Origin: a virus
Lineage: Duplodnaviria; Caudoviricetes
DNA length: 53,782 nt
IMG/VR virus record: IMGVR_UViG_3300034375_007338
Coordinates: 1 to 53,782 of that record
Direction: 5' to 3' (one strand)
A model generated the notes under the pieces. It was not told where the DNA came from. It saw only the letters and a list, made by a program, of their open reading frames with translations, and made no database searches. Positions 38,722 through 48,380 of the stretch are shown in pieces; within the stretch, counting starts at the first letter, position 1; every line of letters starts with the position of its first letter. The translations under genes and the position numbers were made by a program.

Positions 38722-41700
38722 GTGGTCACGGTCATCATCAAGACAATCGGCCCGACTGGCCGTGACTACACTACGTTTGCCTTGGCCGAGGCAGATACGT
38801 CGAACATCGGGACCTCGGCGGACCTCGTCGCTAACGACGAGGCGATCGTGTTCGAGGCCGACGACACGACGTTCACGACTGCATCCACGCTGAACATCGC
38901 CAACACCGCGCTGACCGTAGACGCTACGCGCAACGTCTCCTACACGGCGGCAAGCGGTCGGCCTGTCTACGAGTACACAGGCACGGGAACAGGCGTCGCG
39001 TTCTTCGACCCCTACACGCGCTGGAGCGGTATCGACGTACTCGCAAGTTCAGGCAGCGCAGCCACGCAGGTTCGCGCCAACTCGGGATATGGCGCAGCGC
39101 AGGCTGGCACCGTCATCGAGAACGCGACGATCACAGCGAGCGTGAGCGCCGTCTCTTGCGAGAAGTTCGCGACAGGCCATGCGCTGGGCACAAGTTCGGA
39201 ACCTATCACGCTCCGCAACCTCGTCACGAAGTCAATCGTCGCCGTCAGTCAGTTCATCTCAGGCACCGGGCACACGACGGGGGCTCACTGCCTCGTCGTC
39301 AACTGTACGCACCTTGGCGGCTCCTCGCCTAACCAAGTGTGGAACTGGGCGCTGACTGGCGGTATGCCGGACGCCTCGTTCAAGATCATCAACTGCGCGA
39401 ACCTCGCCCAGAATACGAGCAACGACGCAAACATCACGGGCGGCGGCGTCGATATCTCTGGCTCGACAAACAACATCGGGAACGCGGCAGGCTCAAATTC
39501 CTCCTTCCATTTCGCCAACATCGGCGGCGGGATCGGAGCGCAGTACACGCCTACAACGAGCTTCTCCACGCCCCTCGGCTCAGGCGACTACGCGGTCTAC
39601 ATGGGCAGCAACGGCTCGCTCGCGAACGTCACAGGCAACGACGTGTGGCAGCAGGGAGTCGGCCCAGGAACCAACTCCGATGTCCCGACGACCGACATCA
39701 ACGGCGTGGCCCGCTCAGGGGCGACCTGTAACCCCGGAGCATTTGAGGCCGATGGGTTTGTTGCGCCCACGGTGACGACGCAGACGATCGGTCCTGTGGG
39801 TCGTGATTACGCGACGTTCACCCTAGCCGAGGCTTCGCTTCCTGCGGAGGACATCACGTTCACGAACCGAGCTTTCGTGTTCGAGGCGGATGCGGCAACG
39901 TACTCGGAGAGCGTGACGTTCGACAGCTCGCTAACGACGGACGCGACGAGGAACGTGACCTACAAGGCTGCTGCGGGGAGTGAGCACGGCGGCGTACCGG
40001 GCCAAGGGGTGCGGATCCAATTTGGCAACCTATCTCTGAGCAGTGCGTGCGTCGGGGTCAACGACCCGTTCACTGCTGTCAAAGGCTTGGAGTTTGATTG
40101 GACGGACAGCGGTGGCACTGGGCGTCCAGCCGAAACGCAAAAGAACATAGAAGGCGTCACCTTTAGCGACTGCATCATTCGGAGCGCGGGTACTGGAGTC
40201 GTGTTTCAGTCGACTCAGTCCAACACCTCAGACACGCAATCCTTCCCTGTTCAAGTCAGTAACTGCGTGCTGGACGGGAGCAGCGCTGATGGCTTCAGGC
40301 TGTGGAACTACGGCGCGAGCGACAAGGCATGGACGGTCACGAACTGCACAATTAGATGCAGCGGCAGAGCCTTTGACATCTTCAGCAGCACGAATAACAG
40401 CACCTACACGATCACAAACAACCTGATCTTGTCGGCGGCGGAGGACTTGCGTGATCAGGGCGGCGGGGGCACCAACACGGTGCTGGGCTCGAACAACTTC
40501 GGCCCGCAGACAAGCGCGACCCATGTGTTTCCCGATGCGATCAAAGGCTCCCCGTACCCGATCACCGCGACCACGAGCTTCAGCACCCCGCTAGGCTCCG
40601 GCGACTACGCGGTCTACATGGGGGCCACCGGAGCCCTCGCGAACGTCACGGGCAACGACGTGTGGCAGCAGGGCGTCGGGCCAGGAACCAACAGCGACGT
40701 TCCCACGACCGACATCAACGGGGTGGCGAGGAGTGGCGCGAGCTGCAACCCTGGGGCGTTCGAGGCCGATGGGTTCGTTGCGCCCACGATCACGACCCAG
40801 ACCATCGGGCCTGTGGGCAGAGACTACGCGACGTTCATTCTGGCCGAGGCTTCGCTTCCTGCTGAGGACATCACGTTCACGAACCGGGCGTTCGTGTTTG
40901 AGGCGGATGCGGCGACGTACAACGAGATCATTACTTTCCAGAGTTCGCTCACGACAGATGCGACGAGGCAGGTGACTTATAAGCCTGCGACAGGTTCAGA
41001 GCACGGTGGCGACAAGGACGCTGGGGTGATCATTGACGGAGCATCGACGACCCCCGTCAATCTGCGAGACAGCTACATGGCCCTGCGTGGCCTAAATATC
41101 AAATCGCAGGTCACTGCTGTCTATCTTGCCCTGCCGACAACTGGTCGAGTTCTAGAGGGACTCATTATTGGGCCTTCTACAACCACCGGAGGATATACCC
41201 AAGTTCGCGAAGGCGCGGACCAGACTGTGTTCCGCAACTGCGTGTTCCGCGATACAGGGGCATGGGGCGTCAACTTCAACCCGGCCACGGTCAACGGCAG
41301 CAACTCCTGCGCCTTCCTGAACTGCACGTTCTTCGCGTCTACGAGTGCCATCATTGACCAGCCAAGCGTCGCCGCAAGTGTCACGCTTCTAAACAACTTG
41401 TTTCTCACTGGGTCGATCGCCTACAGCGAACACGCCAACACGACAAGCACAGGATCGAACAACTACGCTGCTGGGGCACTGTCGCCCGTCGCCCTTCAAG
41501 GCTCCCCCTATCCGATCACGCCGACCACGAGCTTCTCCACGCCGCTGGGCGCGGGCGACTTCGCGGTCTACATGGGCAGCAACGGCTCGCTCGCGAACGT
41601 CACCGGGAACGACGTGTGGCAGCAGGGCGTGGGGCCTGGAACCAACTCCGACGTTCCGACCACGGACATCAACGGCGTGGCCCGGTCAGGCGCGACCTGT

Positions 41701-44700
41701 AACCCTGGGGCCTTCGAGGCCGATGGGTTCGTTGCGCCCACGGTCACGACTCAGACCATCGGTCCTGTGGGCCGAGACTTCGCGACGTTCACTCTAGCCG
41801 AGGCTTCGCTGCCCGCTGAGGACATCACCTTCACCAACCGGGCGTTTGTGTTCGAGGCTGACGCGGGGACGTACTCGGAGAGCGTCATAATCGACCACGC
41901 GCTGACCTGTGACCCCACGCGGAATGTCACGTTCCAAAGTGCGACCTTTGATATCGCGCACATAGAAACGGATGCGTCCTTTGGCGTGCTTCAGATTAGG
42001 GACGGTGTGTTCACGACTTTGCGGCGGCTTCAAATCACAAACACGAACACAGGAGCAGCGTGCAGGGGCGTAGAGATAATCCCTGCGAGCGGTGATTCGT
42101 GCGAGGGATGCACTCTAGATGGCCTCACAGTCACAGGAGCCAACAGCGCAAACTTCACGGCATTTGAGGTGGAGCTGAATACTGGCGCGGCTGCTGGGGG
42201 AGCGGGGAGCGCGGCGCACCCATCTGTTTTGCAGAACTGCGTGGCTCTTGGCACAGGAAGTGGCATCGGCATCGCTGGAGGTGCTACCGGAGAGATTCAC
42301 GCTCGCATCGTGAACTGCACCTTGGCGGGGACGGGCCTTGCTGCGATTTCAATCCAGACGCCAAGCGATGTCACCGTTGAGGTAGTGAACACGATCAACC
42401 TCTCGCACGCGCAGACGTTCCGCACTCTGTTTACGACTGGGGCGCTGACGACTTCGGGCTCCAACAACTTTGGCAACACAACGCAGCCCTTCCCCGATGC
42501 GATCAAAGGCTCCCCCTACCCGATCACCGCCACCACGAGCTTCAGCACCCCGCTGGGCTCCGGCGACTACGCGGTCTACATGGGGGCCACTGGAGCCCTT
42601 GCCGACAAGCCGGGGAACGACGTGTGGCAGCAGGGAGTCGGCCCAGGCTCGAACGGCGACGTGCCGACCACGGACATCAACGGTGTGGCCCGCTCAGGCG
42701 CGAGCTGCAACCCCGGAGCGTTTGAGGCCGATGGGTTCGTTGCGCCGACCGTGACGACCCAGACCATCGGGCCTGTGGGCCGAGACTACGCGACGTTCAC
42801 GTTGGCCGAAGCAAGTCTGCCGTCCGAGGACATCACGTTCACGAACCGGGCGTTCGTCTTTGAGGCGGACGCGGCGACGTACTCGGAGAACGTGTACTTC
42901 GGCAGCACGTTGACAACGGATGCAACGCGGAATGTGACGTACAAGCCCGCCGCTGGGAGCGAGCACGGAGGCGTGGTCGGAGCCGGGGTGGTTATCAACT
43001 CGGCTTCAATTAACTTCTTCCGCGACAGCTTCATGCTCTTTGAGGGCATTGAGGTGAACGGGTCTTCGACTCAGACCCTCAACATCGACGCTTGCACTGG
43101 CACCGTGACCCGCCGCTGCATCATCAACGCTACTACGCAGGGTTTTGTGATTGGCAACACAGTTCTGGCCGTTGAGGTCAGTAACTGTGTTATCAGCTCC
43201 AATAACTACAGCTTTCTGTTGCAGTGTTCTACCGGAGCCCAGGCGGTGACGCTATACAACAACACGATCTTGGACGGCCCCTCTGGACTCGTAGCTATTC
43301 GCGTCCTTCAGAGCGGAACGGCAACCATAAGTCTTGACGCGGTAAACAACTTAATGCTCAATGGTGCTGGGGTGTATCTGGCGTCTGGCACCGTAACGGT
43401 CACAGGCTCCAACAACTTCGGCGGCAGCACAAGCCCCTGGCCCGCTGCCATCCAAGGCTCCCCCTACCCGGTCACCGCATCCACCGCCTACGACCCCGGC
43501 GCGGGTGACTTCGCCCTCTACGTCGGCAAGAACGGGGCGCTCCTCGACTCGCCCAATAACGACGTGATCAACGGTGGCGTCGGCCCGGCCTCCAACAGCG
43601 ATGTGCCGACGACCGACATCCTTGGCGACACCCGGTCAGGCACGACGACGAACCCCGGAGCGTTCGCGTTGGCTCAGGCGACGGCGGTGCTGACGAGGAC
43701 CATCGGGCCTGTCGGGCGGGACTACGCGACGTTCACGGCGGCTGAGGCTGACGTGGAGAACATCGGCGGGAGCGCGGACCTCGTGTTTGAGAACGAGCGT
43801 ATTGAGTTCCTGGCGGATGCGGGGACGTACACCACAATCCTAAATCCAAACTCGGGGCTCACCACGGACGCCACAAGGAACGTGACTTACAAGCCTGCGG
43901 TGGGGAGCGAGCACGGTGGAGTCGTAGGCGCAGGCGTTGTTATTGACACTGGTGCATCAAACAGCCCCGTGTTCGTAGATGATGACTTCACGGTCATTGA
44001 CGGACTCAACCTAGCGACAACCACGATGTACTGCGCTTGGATCCTAGGCTCTGGAATTGTCATGCGGAACTGCATTGCCACTGCCTTCAATCGCGGGTTC
44101 CTGATCTATGGCGGCCAGTCGAGTGCCCCCAACATCTTGGAGAACTGTGTAAGCAGAGGCGGGCCTAGTTTCGCATTCCTAGTTCTCGGCGGCGGCCCTG
44201 TGTCGGCAGACGCTCATGCACGGATCGTCAACTGCACAGGATCATCGACGGGCAACGATGCTTTCCGTAATCAAGCCACGGTGTCAGGCACTTCCGCGAC
44301 GGCGGAATACATCAACTGCCTGAGTCTTTCTAGCCCGACGTATCAAACAATCGGCTCGTTTGCGACAGCTACAGGCTCCAACAACTTCGGCGGCAGCTAT
44401 AACCCCTTCCCCGCCGCCCTCCAGGGCTCCCCCTACCCGATCACGCCGACGACGAACACCACGCCCGGCTTCGGGGACTACGCGATCTACGAGGCCGCTA
44501 CAGGCGCTCTCATCGTCGTTGATGACAACGCAGCCCTTGGTGGTGGCGTCGGACCCGCAGCCAACGCGGACGTTCCTGTCTTTGACATCAACGGCGTCAA
44601 GCGCATCGGCGGTGGGTGCGATCCGGGGGCGTTCGAGGGTGTTCGGTCTCGGTCCACGGACGTGTGGGATGTGATGTACGGGTCCCACAACATTCCCGGC

Positions 44701-44874
44701 ACGTTCGGGAAGCTGGTCCAGGACATCCCTGAAGCGGTCCCCTCGGCTGAAGAGATCGCAACTGCGGTATGGAACAAGCTCATTGCTGACCACCAGGGCG
44801 CAGGGTCCTTCGGGGAGCTTTCACAACAAACCAAACTGGCCGCTGATCGTGCGGGCACTCAGAGGCTACAGTAA
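38722..44874 (+). CDS. 2050-aa six-module right-handed beta-helix protein with choice-of-anchor-Q-like caps (putative fibre/adhesin)
   Basis: AAGGAGG RBS; modules start (TIGP) at 38743, 39784, 40801, 41755, 42763, 43699; NC/NN ladder motifs; TDINGxxR...PGAFE caps. Confidence 0.85.
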   Translation: MVTVIIKTIGPTGRDYTTFALAEADTSNIGTSADLVANDEAIVFEADDTTFTTASTLNIANTALTVDATRNVSYTAASGRPVYEYTGTGTGVAFFDPYTRWSGIDVLASSGSAATQVRANSGYGAAQAGTVIENATITASVSAVSCEKFATGHALGTSSEPITLRNLVTKSIVAVSQFISGTGHTTGAHCLVVNCTHLGGSSPNQVWNWALTGGMPDASFKIINCANLAQNTSNDANITGGGVDISGSTNNIGNAAGSNSSFHFANIGGGIGAQYTPTTSFSTPLGSGDYAVYMGSNGSLANVTGNDVWQQGVGPGTNSDVPTTDINGVARSGATCNPGAFEADGFVAPTVTTQTIGPVGRDYATFTLAEASLPAEDITFTNRAFVFEADAATYSESVTFDSSLTTDATRNVTYKAAAGSEHGGVPGQGVRIQFGNLSLSSACVGVNDPFTAVKGLEFDWTDSGGTGRPAETQKNIEGVTFSDCIIRSAGTGVVFQSTQSNTSDTQSFPVQVSNCVLDGSSADGFRLWNYGASDKAWTVTNCTIRCSGRAFDIFSSTNNSTYTITNNLILSAAEDLRDQGGGGTNTVLGSNNFGPQTSATHVFPDAIKGSPYPITATTSFSTPLGSGDYAVYMGATGALANVTGNDVWQQGVGPGTNSDVPTTDINGVARSGASCNPGAFEADGFVAPTITTQTIGPVGRDYATFILAEASLPAEDITFTNRAFVFEADAATYNEIITFQSSLTTDATRQVTYKPATGSEHGGDKDAGVIIDGASTTPVNLRDSYMALRGLNIKSQVTAVYLALPTTGRVLEGLIIGPSTTTGGYTQVREGADQTVFRNCVFRDTGAWGVNFNPATVNGSNSCAFLNCTFFASTSAIIDQPSVAASVTLLNNLFLTGSIAYSEHANTTSTGSNNYAAGALSPVALQGSPYPITPTTSFSTPLGAGDFAVYMGSNGSLANVTGNDVWQQGVGPGTNSDVPTTDINGVARSGATCNPGAFEADGFVAPTVTTQTIGPVGRDFATFTLAEASLPAEDITFTNRAFVFEADAGTYSESVIIDHALTCDPTRNVTFQSATFDIAHIETDASFGVLQIRDGVFTTLRRLQITNTNTGAACRGVEIIPASGDSCEGCTLDGLTVTGANSANFTAFEVELNTGAAAGGAGSAAHPSVLQNCVALGTGSGIGIAGGATGEIHARIVNCTLAGTGLAAISIQTPSDVTVEVVNTINLSHAQTFRTLFTTGALTTSGSNNFGNTTQPFPDAIKGSPYPITATTSFSTPLGSGDYAVYMGATGALADKPGNDVWQQGVGPGSNGDVPTTDINGVARSGASCNPGAFEADGFVAPTVTTQTIGPVGRDYATFTLAEASLPSEDITFTNRAFVFEADAATYSENVYFGSTLTTDATRNVTYKPAAGSEHGGVVGAGVVINSASINFFRDSFMLFEGIEVNGSSTQTLNIDACTGTVTRRCIINATTQGFVIGNTVLAVEVSNCVISSNNYSFLLQCSTGAQAVTLYNNTILDGPSGLVAIRVLQSGTATISLDAVNNLMLNGAGVYLASGTVTVTGSNNFGGSTSPWPAAIQGSPYPVTASTAYDPGAGDFALYVGKNGALLDSPNNDVINGGVGPASNSDVPTTDILGDTRSGTTTNPGAFALAQATAVLTRTIGPVGRDYATFTAAEADVENIGGSADLVFENERIEFLADAGTYTTILNPNSGLTTDATRNVTYKPAVGSEHGGVVGAGVVIDTGASNSPVFVDDDFTVIDGLNLATTTMYCAWILGSGIVMRNCIATAFNRGFLIYGGQSSAPNILENCVSRGGPSFAFLVLGGGPVSADAHARIVNCTGSSTGNDAFRNQATVSGTSATAEYINCLSLSSPTYQTIGSFATATGSNNFGGSYNPFPAALQGSPYPITPTTNTTPGFGDYAIYEAATGALIVVDDNAALGGGVGPAANADVPVFDINGVKRIGGGCDPGAFEGVRSRSTDVWDVMYGSHNIPGTFGKLVQDIPEAVPSAEEIATAVWNKLIADHQGAGSFGELSQQTKLAADRAGTQRLQ

Positions 44875-44891
44875 GTACGCGGAGGTAAGCG

Positions 44892-45791
44892 ATGCTCAAG
44901 AGACTGAACGGGTACACAAAGGCGCAACTGGCAGCAGGCGCGGGCGACGAAAGTCTTGACTTCCCTGCTGGTGTCGTCGGTGTGCCCACCGACAGCACTA
45001 CAGAGCTGTTCTTCTTTCTTGGAGATGGTGGAAGACTGATCGGAGGAGGCGAGGGCAGTGGGGTCACTACCTTCACGCAACTGACCGACACTCCTGTATC
45101 CCTAGGCACCGCCGGGCAAAAAGCCGTGGTCAACTCGGGTGGCACGGCGCTGGAGTTCACAGACGCGCTTCAGTTCAACCTCAGCGGTAGCGGCTACTCG
45201 TCGGGCCGCGTGCTCCAAGCCAACGGCAGCGAGTACGTTGACATCCTCTCCCCGGCGCTGCCCGAGCCTTCCTCCACAGGGGTCATGTTCGCATGGGACG
45301 ACACGACCGACACCGTTGTGCAGGTGGCGGCGGGAACGCAAGGTCAAGTCCTGGGCGTGGCGGCTACCGGGCTCCCCGAGTTCCAAACGGTCGAAGCCGC
45401 TGCGGGGGACTTCTTCCTGACCCAGGCGGTGGACGGCAACCCCACAAGGACCGAGGTTCAGGCCGGGGTCCAGCGTGGCATCGACTGGGACTACAAGTCT
45501 TACTGCGACAATGGTGGAGACTCGGCTACGTTCATCACCTTCGTTTTGAACTCGACCTCCGCTACGACCTACGAATACCCCATTACTTCTGGGTCTGCTA
45601 CCAACAACCGAGCCTACCTCATGGAGGTCTTCCGAGGTGGAGAGGTGCGTCTCAGTAGTGGCACTGGGTTCGATGAGGGGTTCTTCTACTTTGTGCGGGC
45701 CACGGTGGCTCAGTCCGGGAGCGCCCAACCGACAGTCTACGTTCGCTCCTCCAACAACAACGTGTGGTCCAGCTGGATCGCGCTTCACTGA
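44892..45791 (+). CDS. Putative short tail fibre / virion protein
   Basis: GGAGG RBS; FTQLTDTP, GQVL fibre motifs, C-terminal WSSW. Confidence 0.65.
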   Translation: MLKRLNGYTKAQLAAGAGDESLDFPAGVVGVPTDSTTELFFFLGDGGRLIGGGEGSGVTTFTQLTDTPVSLGTAGQKAVVNSGGTALEFTDALQFNLSGSGYSSGRVLQANGSEYVDILSPALPEPSSTGVMFAWDDTTDTVVQVAAGTQGQVLGVAATGLPEFQTVEAAAGDFFLTQAVDGNPTRTEVQAGVQRGIDWDYKSYCDNGGDSATFITFVLNSTSATTYEYPITSGSATNNRAYLMEVFRGGEVRLSSGTGFDEGFFYFVRATVAQSGSAQPTVYVRSSNNNVWSSWIALH

Positions 45792-45794
45792 TTT

Positions 45795-46177
<383 letters not shown>

Positions 46178-46181
<4 letters not shown>

Positions 46182-46576
46182 AGCACCGTCTCGTTCCCAC
46201 TGTCGTGCCGCTCGTTGTCCTCGGGCTGCTTCTCGTCTTTCCGTCGTGCTGCACGGGTTGCCGTACCGTGGAGACAGATCCTGCAAAGATCACAACCACG
46301 GTGGGTCAGTGGGAGCCGCCCATGCTTGAGACTCTGGAGCAACTCCAGGCATACCGCCCGGACCTCGCTGCGCGTGCGGAGTACTACATCAACCTGTTCT
46401 CCGACGAGCTTGACGCTGAGTTTCAGGTTGTCGAGCTTGAGGGTCTGGTGCCGCTACTTCTGGCCTACATCGCAGAGGTCGATCAAGACGACACTCTGAC
46501 CTCTGACGAAAAGGACCTGCTGGTCGCGATCCCGAACATCTGGCTGGAAGCCATCCGCAACTTCCTGAACGACTGA
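46178..46576 (+). CDS. Putative lipoprotein / secreted protein
   Basis: MKHR + hydrophobic stretch + SCCTGC lipobox-like cysteines. Confidence 0.65.
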
Positions 46577-47463
46577 TGGGCGTTAAGGCTGTCCTGGCTG
46601 TCGTCGGAGACAGTCTTCAAGCGGGGTACAACGGCCCGGCCACGCAGACGCCCCCGTTCGGCGCGAACGGGGACAATCGGGTCTTCATCTACAACCGTTA
46701 CACGTTCGACGCGGGAGTCGGTAACGAAGCCCAGACGGTAGATGTGCGAGCAGGGTTGAGCGACACGGGCCACACCCCCGGCTGGGACTCGTTGCGCTAC
46801 GCAGACTCCAACTGGCAGAACAACGGCCCGCTCCCGGTCTATTACACGGCGTCGGCAATCCGTCGTTATTTGGGTCTGGAGGAGCTTCGGGTCATTTGCA
46901 TGGCCATCCCGGCCACTGACGTGACTCAGACGCCTCCCGGCGGCAACAACACGATCTCTTGGTATCCGGGGCTGTCTGGCGGGATCATGGGCCGCTACCA
47001 GTCGAAGTACCTGACTGAGGCACTGGCAACGGACGAGGTGACGACCGATCACGTCTACCTGGGGTGCCTCGCGTCTCTTGGAAACAATTTGAACAACTCG
47101 ACGGTCTACACTACGGACGAGTCAGGGAACCTGTCCTCGAACCTTGCTAGCGTGTTCTCTGCCGTAGAAGGCTCTGTGCTGGCCTCTGGTGGCGGTAGGC
47201 AAGTCGCGACCCGGATACCACGTTCGGTCATCCAAGAGGCTCCTACGACCTCTGAGAGCCGCGTAGAGACCTGCCAAGCCCAAACTGACCAGTGGAAGCA
47301 AACCTCGGGGCGTGCGACGGCCTGGATGGAAGGCATCCCGTGGAACTCTAGCGATCCGCATTTCTCGGACAGCTCGGCCATGCTCCTGGGGACTAAAATG
47401 TTCAAAGCGTGGAGATCAGCCCAGACGAGAACCGAGACCTTCAACACGGTCGCCGCGACCTGA
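46576..47463 (+). CDS. SGNH/GDSL hydrolase (sialate O-acetylesterase-like)
   Basis: VVGDSL block I, NGP, LGNN block III, DPHFS catalytic His. Confidence 0.7.
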   Translation: MGVKAVLAVVGDSLQAGYNGPATQTPPFGANGDNRVFIYNRYTFDAGVGNEAQTVDVRAGLSDTGHTPGWDSLRYADSNWQNNGPLPVYYTASAIRRYLGLEELRVICMAIPATDVTQTPPGGNNTISWYPGLSGGIMGRYQSKYLTEALATDEVTTDHVYLGCLASLGNNLNNSTVYTTDESGNLSSNLASVFSAVEGSVLASGGGRQVATRIPRSVIQEAPTTSESRVETCQAQTDQWKQTSGRATAWMEGIPWNSSDPHFSDSSAMLLGTKMFKAWRSAQTRTETFNTVAAT

Positions 47464-47750
47464 GGGTCTGGACGACGCTAGCGGTTCTACAGCATTGCCA
47501 TCCGCTGGCCCGGCCCTTGGAAGTTCAGATCAAGGAGCTTCCTGAAGCCGAAGGGTCTACCGAGTACAGGGAAGACACCGACTCGTTCGTGATCACGATC
47601 TCGAACGCGCTGGACGAGAAAGCCTTTGACGAGGTATTGGTGCATGAATACGCTCACGCACTGATTCACGAATACTCAGGACCGAGTGAGGACGCCGTAT
47701 GGGGCGTCGTGTACGCGAGCCTGTACAACCTGATCTTTGGAGATCACTGA
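47409..47750 (+). CDS. Small HEXXH zinc metallopeptidase-like protein (start uncertain)
   Basis: VLVHEYAH motif preceded by ITIS strand. Confidence 0.65.
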   Translation: MEISPDENRDLQHGRRDLRVWTTLAVLQHCHPLARPLEVQIKELPEAEGSTEYREDTDSFVITISNALDEKAFDEVLVHEYAHALIHEYSGPSEDAVWGVVYASLYNLIFGDH

Positions 47751-48007
47751 TGTCTGACAAAAACGAAGAGCCTGAGTTCATGAAGCTGGACGACAAAGAG
47801 TGGCGCGGTGCAGTCCACGCCACGTTCGCCAACCAACTTGAGGGCTTGCACGAGGTGAACGACCAAGTTGACCGCCTCACGACCGTGTGTGACGAGATGG
47901 GCAGCATGGTCAAAGACCTGCTCAAGCGTGTCGAGCGCATTGACGAGCGCAGCGAACACAACGCGAAAGTGCTCCGCGAAGCTAGCTCGGACGAAAGCGC
48001 CGGATGA
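47750..48007 (+). CDS. Small coiled-coil protein (MSDKNEEPEF...)
   Basis: TGATG coupling; heptad pattern. Confidence 0.65.
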   Translation: MSDKNEEPEFMKLDDKEWRGAVHATFANQLEGLHEVNDQVDRLTTVCDEMGSMVKDLLKRVERIDERSEHNAKVLREASSDESAG

Positions 48008-48380
48008 ACCGAATGAAGCGCGGCGTTCCCTGATCGGGGCCTGAGCCCTGTCTGCCGACCAACTCGTTCATCAGTGAAATCACGCCCGGCGGTCGCTGAC
48101 TCTTTTCGGTGCTCGGCGTCACCACAGTTTCGATCTTGGCGGCAAAGTTGACTGTCGATCCGCACTTGGGGCATCCTAGCCGTCCTGTCTTGTATCCGCC
48201 CGAGGTGTAGCTATGGTGGGCTCGCAGTTGCCCGTCGCATCCAGGGTTGGGGCAATCTTTCCACGGGTTGTCCTGTTCGTGATTGCCACAGTTCGGGCAC
48301 ACAGGTCCCTCTAGCTCGTATCCGCAGTTGTAGCAGGGTCGCTTCCAGCGCGGGTCGTTGTACTTGCGCGGACCTACCAT
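47982..48380 (-). CDS. Double zinc-ribbon protein, possible Ogr/Delta-like late regulator
   Basis: CYNC, CPNC, CPNPGC, CPKC; overlaps the TerL stop. Confidence 0.6.
   Translation of the reverse strand: MVGPRKYNDPRWKRPCYNCGYELEGPVCPNCGNHEQDNPWKDCPNPGCDGQLRAHHSYTSGGYKTGRLGCPKCGSTVNFAAKIETVVTPSTEKSQRPPGVISLMNELVGRQGSGPDQGTPRFIRFIRRFRPS

Noticed and set aside
38722-44874. Diversity-generating retroelement or shufflon acting on the adhesin
   Set aside because: No reverse transcriptase or invertase gene, no adenine-specific TR/VR pair; all modules are in frame and in the same orientation
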